Shown: in pieces, positions 61,208-64,000 of the stretch | Position numbering within the stretch: position 1 is the first letter of the stretch | How the letters are laid out: every line of letters begins with the position of its first letter | Assembly (NCBI RefSeq): GCF_964188315.1 | Contig: NC_135673.1 | Coordinates: 6,386,001-6,450,000 of the forward strand | DNA: 64,000 nt | Direction of reading: 5' to 3' | Origin: Podarcis muralis | Lineage: Eukaryota | Notes under the pieces: generated by a model | What the model was told of the DNA's origin: nothing | Databases searched by the model: none | Seen by the model: the letters and a program-made list of their open reading frames with translations, nothing else | Position numbers and translations under genes: made by a program

Positions 61208-61789
61208 CTGAAGGCAGGGAGAGAAAACCCATTGCATATTAAAATCAATATTAATTGCCTCACCTTAGATGGTGTTATGTAACATTTTATGAAATGAATA
61301 GCACTTGTCAAGTTAGCAAATGACTTGAGCACATTTGTTTTTGTTTGTGAACACTTTGTTTCAGTTTCATTCCATTTATTTTTGCATTTTGGCTCCAAAG
61401 GCTATTACATGCAGTAAATTCCACTGATGTCACTGGAATTTACTTCCAGGTAAATGTCTTTAGGATCTGTGCCAGCCAATGGGCTTATGGATATATTATG
61501 ATTGTGTAGTATTTATTATCTGAAGATCAGTTTACCTCACCCCAGGGCAAAAGCAAAATGATCCCAGGAGGTAGTTTGCACTATTTTGTTCTCCTCTTGG
61601 AATGCTTCCATGCAATTCAACTTCTGTGATAAATACTGTATTACTTGGGTTATGCTATAACTACTTGCAAAGCAATTGCCTTCCATTTACATTGCTTTCT
61701 CCTTCCATCACTCAGAACTAGAGATGAAAGAATCTCTTCCCTCCTACAGTCTGTGTCTCACTGTTCTTCTAGCTTTTTCTGGAAATACA

Positions 61790-62866
61790 GGAAGCTGCCC
61801 TGACCTAGCCACTGTGACCCAGATGATGGTCACCTCCAGGCTTGATTATTGTAACTCACCCTACATGGGGCTGCCCTTGAGACTGACCCAGAAACTCCAG
61901 GGGGTGCAGAATGCCGCAGCGAGACTCCTTATGGGGTCCTCACCATGGGATTACATTCACTCGGTGCTATACCAGCTGCACTGGCTCCCAGTGGAGTACA
62001 GGATCAGGTTTAAGGTGCTGGTTTTAACCTTTAAAGCCCTATATGGGCTAGGACCATAAAGAAGGCTGATCGCCAAAGAATTGATGCTTTTGAATTATGG
62101 TGCTGGAGGAGATTCTTGAGAGTCCCATGGACTGCAAGAAGATCAAACGTATCCATTCTTAAGGAAATCAGCCCTGAGTGCTCACTGGAAGGACAGATTG
62201 TGAAGCTGAGGCGCCAATACTTTGGCCACCTCATGAGAAGAGAAGACTCCTGGAAAAGACCCTGATGTTGGGAAAGATGGAGGGCACAAGGACAAGGGGA
62301 CGACAGAGGACGAGTTGGTTGGACAGTGTTCTCAAAGCTACAAACATGAGTCTGACCAAACTGTGGGAGGCAGTGGAAGACAGGAGTGCCTGGAGTGCTC
62401 TGGTCCATGGGGTCACGAAGAGTCAGACACGACTAAACGACTAAACAACAACAACATGGCCTAGGACCCTCGTACCTATGCCTCTCCTGGTATGTCCCAT
62501 GGAGGACCTTAAGGTCTTCAAATAAAAACATCTTGGAGATCCTGGGCCATCGGGAGGTTAGGCTGGCCTCAACCAGAGCCAGGGCTTTTTCAGCCGTGGC
62601 CCCGATCTGGTGGAACACTCTGTTACAAGAGACTAGGGCCCTATGGGACTTCACATCTTTCCACATTGCCAAGGCACAGTCTGACCCCCTCTCTCCTTCT
62701 GTAATCCTCACAGAACTCTAACCCAATGGTTGCCATTGATTTGATTATGAATTGATTTTAGAATGTATTTTAATTAATTGACTGTGTGATTTTATGTACA
62801 CTGTGCTATTTTTACTTGTTGTTAGCCGCTCTGAGCTAGGCTTTGGCCGGGGAGGGCGGGATACAA

Positions 62867-62907
<41 letters not shown>
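61790..62907 (+). mobile_element. L2 3' portion with (ATT)n tail, interrupted by BovB
   Basis: MVTSRLDYCNSPYMGLP...VQNAAARLL...LHWLP; same family as 9420-10389. Confidence 0.92.
62056..62455 (+). mobile_element. BovB (RTE) 3' end
   Basis: IDAFELWCWRRFLRVPWTARRSN and KTLMLGKMEG; (CAA)n tail; TSD ATGGGCTAGGACC / ATGGCCTAGGACC at 62043-62055 and 62456-62468. Confidence 0.95.
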
Positions 62908-64000
62908 GAGTCAGATCCATTGCTCCATCTCACTCGTTACTTTTTTGTGCTAATATAAAACCTGTAGCAGGAGAGAGAACTTTGATTTTGTCCAAGTCCT
63001 AACTGGATAAAATCAAATTTCTAGTTTAGACATTCCTATCTAGCAGTGGCTCAGAACAAAACAGCACTCATTTCAATATTCTTTATTGAGGTATGAGGAG
63101 AAAGATGGAGGGGTTGGTGACGGAGAAGAGATGTCCCTATAGCTGTCAGACTCTGGCATCATCTGTTTTGTGCAGAGTGCAAGCGGGGGTGGGGGTGGGG
63201 GTGGGAAGCAGAGCCAACAGTTTTTTGGAAAAGTACCAGCACAGCAAGAAAGGCAGGTAAGCAGGCGGATTGTTTGTACAGGCTCATTTTAGCAGCAATG
63301 TTTATAAAAGCTGAAGGTACCCCTCCCCCCACACACCAATGTTGAGTTTTCTTAAATGGGTGAGCTTTTATGTTGTGGGAATTAACACAATTAACAGGCT
63401 GGTAGAGCCAACAAGGCTGGGAGGAGGGACACATTCTCTATCCAAGTCCTTTCAGCATGGCAGATTGGAGGTCTGGATTGTTTCGTTAATCATTTAGCTC
63501 TGTTTAAGGAGCTATAAGACTCTGTTGCTTTTGTTGTGACAGACTAAGACAGCTACTCCTCTGCAGTCTGGACAGGAAAGAAGTTCCAGTGACAATTATT
63601 TGATGACTGGCTTCCCTGTTCTCAACATATTCTTTATTTTGGGTATTGTTAAGAGGGCTTGTCATTGACCAAGGAAGAGGAAGCTGTGGTCCCCCAGATG
63701 CTGGTGGACTCTCAGCTCCAGCCAGCATGGTCAATGTTCTGGAATGATGGGAGATATAGCCAAGCATAATCTTCAAGGCGGGATCTAGGTTCCTAATCCC
63801 TCTTTGACAATGATGAAGGGCAACAACTGCTGTTATAAATTCACCAAGTTTAACTTTGTTCTGCTTGGAATGTTCAGGTGTATTATGGATCACCCATCAC
63901 TTCTCATCAAAATAACTTCTCCATTTTAGGAATGAGATTCAGTGCATATACAGCCAGCACTAATCATCCCATGCACCCCTAGCCAGGTGATCTGTAGGTA

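Noticed and set aside
1-64000. CRISPR arrays, rRNA or genuine tRNA genes
   Set aside because: None seen; tRNA-like boxes at about 24935, 30100, 41290 and 56825 are SINE heads.

Overview
Vertebrate (squamate) genomic DNA, most likely a lacertid lizard; this is inferred from a Sauria SINE, BovB, reptile-type CR1/L2/L1 and many Tigger- and hAT-type MITEs. I found no intact protein-coding gene. The window is a repeat-dense intergenic or intronic region of nested transposable elements: two long fragmented L1s, a nearly complete CR1, a Copia element, a DIRS/Ngaro element, Penelope, Rex1/Babar, Tx1, BovB, solo LTRs and about ten hAT MITEs with readable 8-bp target-site duplications (TSDs). Three host-gene pieces are embedded in it. 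(1) An EIF2S3 retrocopy fused directly to a CR1 3' end. (2) A RACGAP1-like retrocopy inside an L1. (3) Most striking, a 1010-bp non-autonomous hAT element that appears to carry a captured CpG-island promoter and the start of a first coding exon (Pack-type transduplication). Also seen: a minimal hammerhead ribozyme fold in the Penelope terminus, a half-tRNA-iMet primer site in the Copia element, and a candidate 24-nt microexon. Family assignments come from recalled motifs, not database searches. Boundaries without a TSD are approximate.
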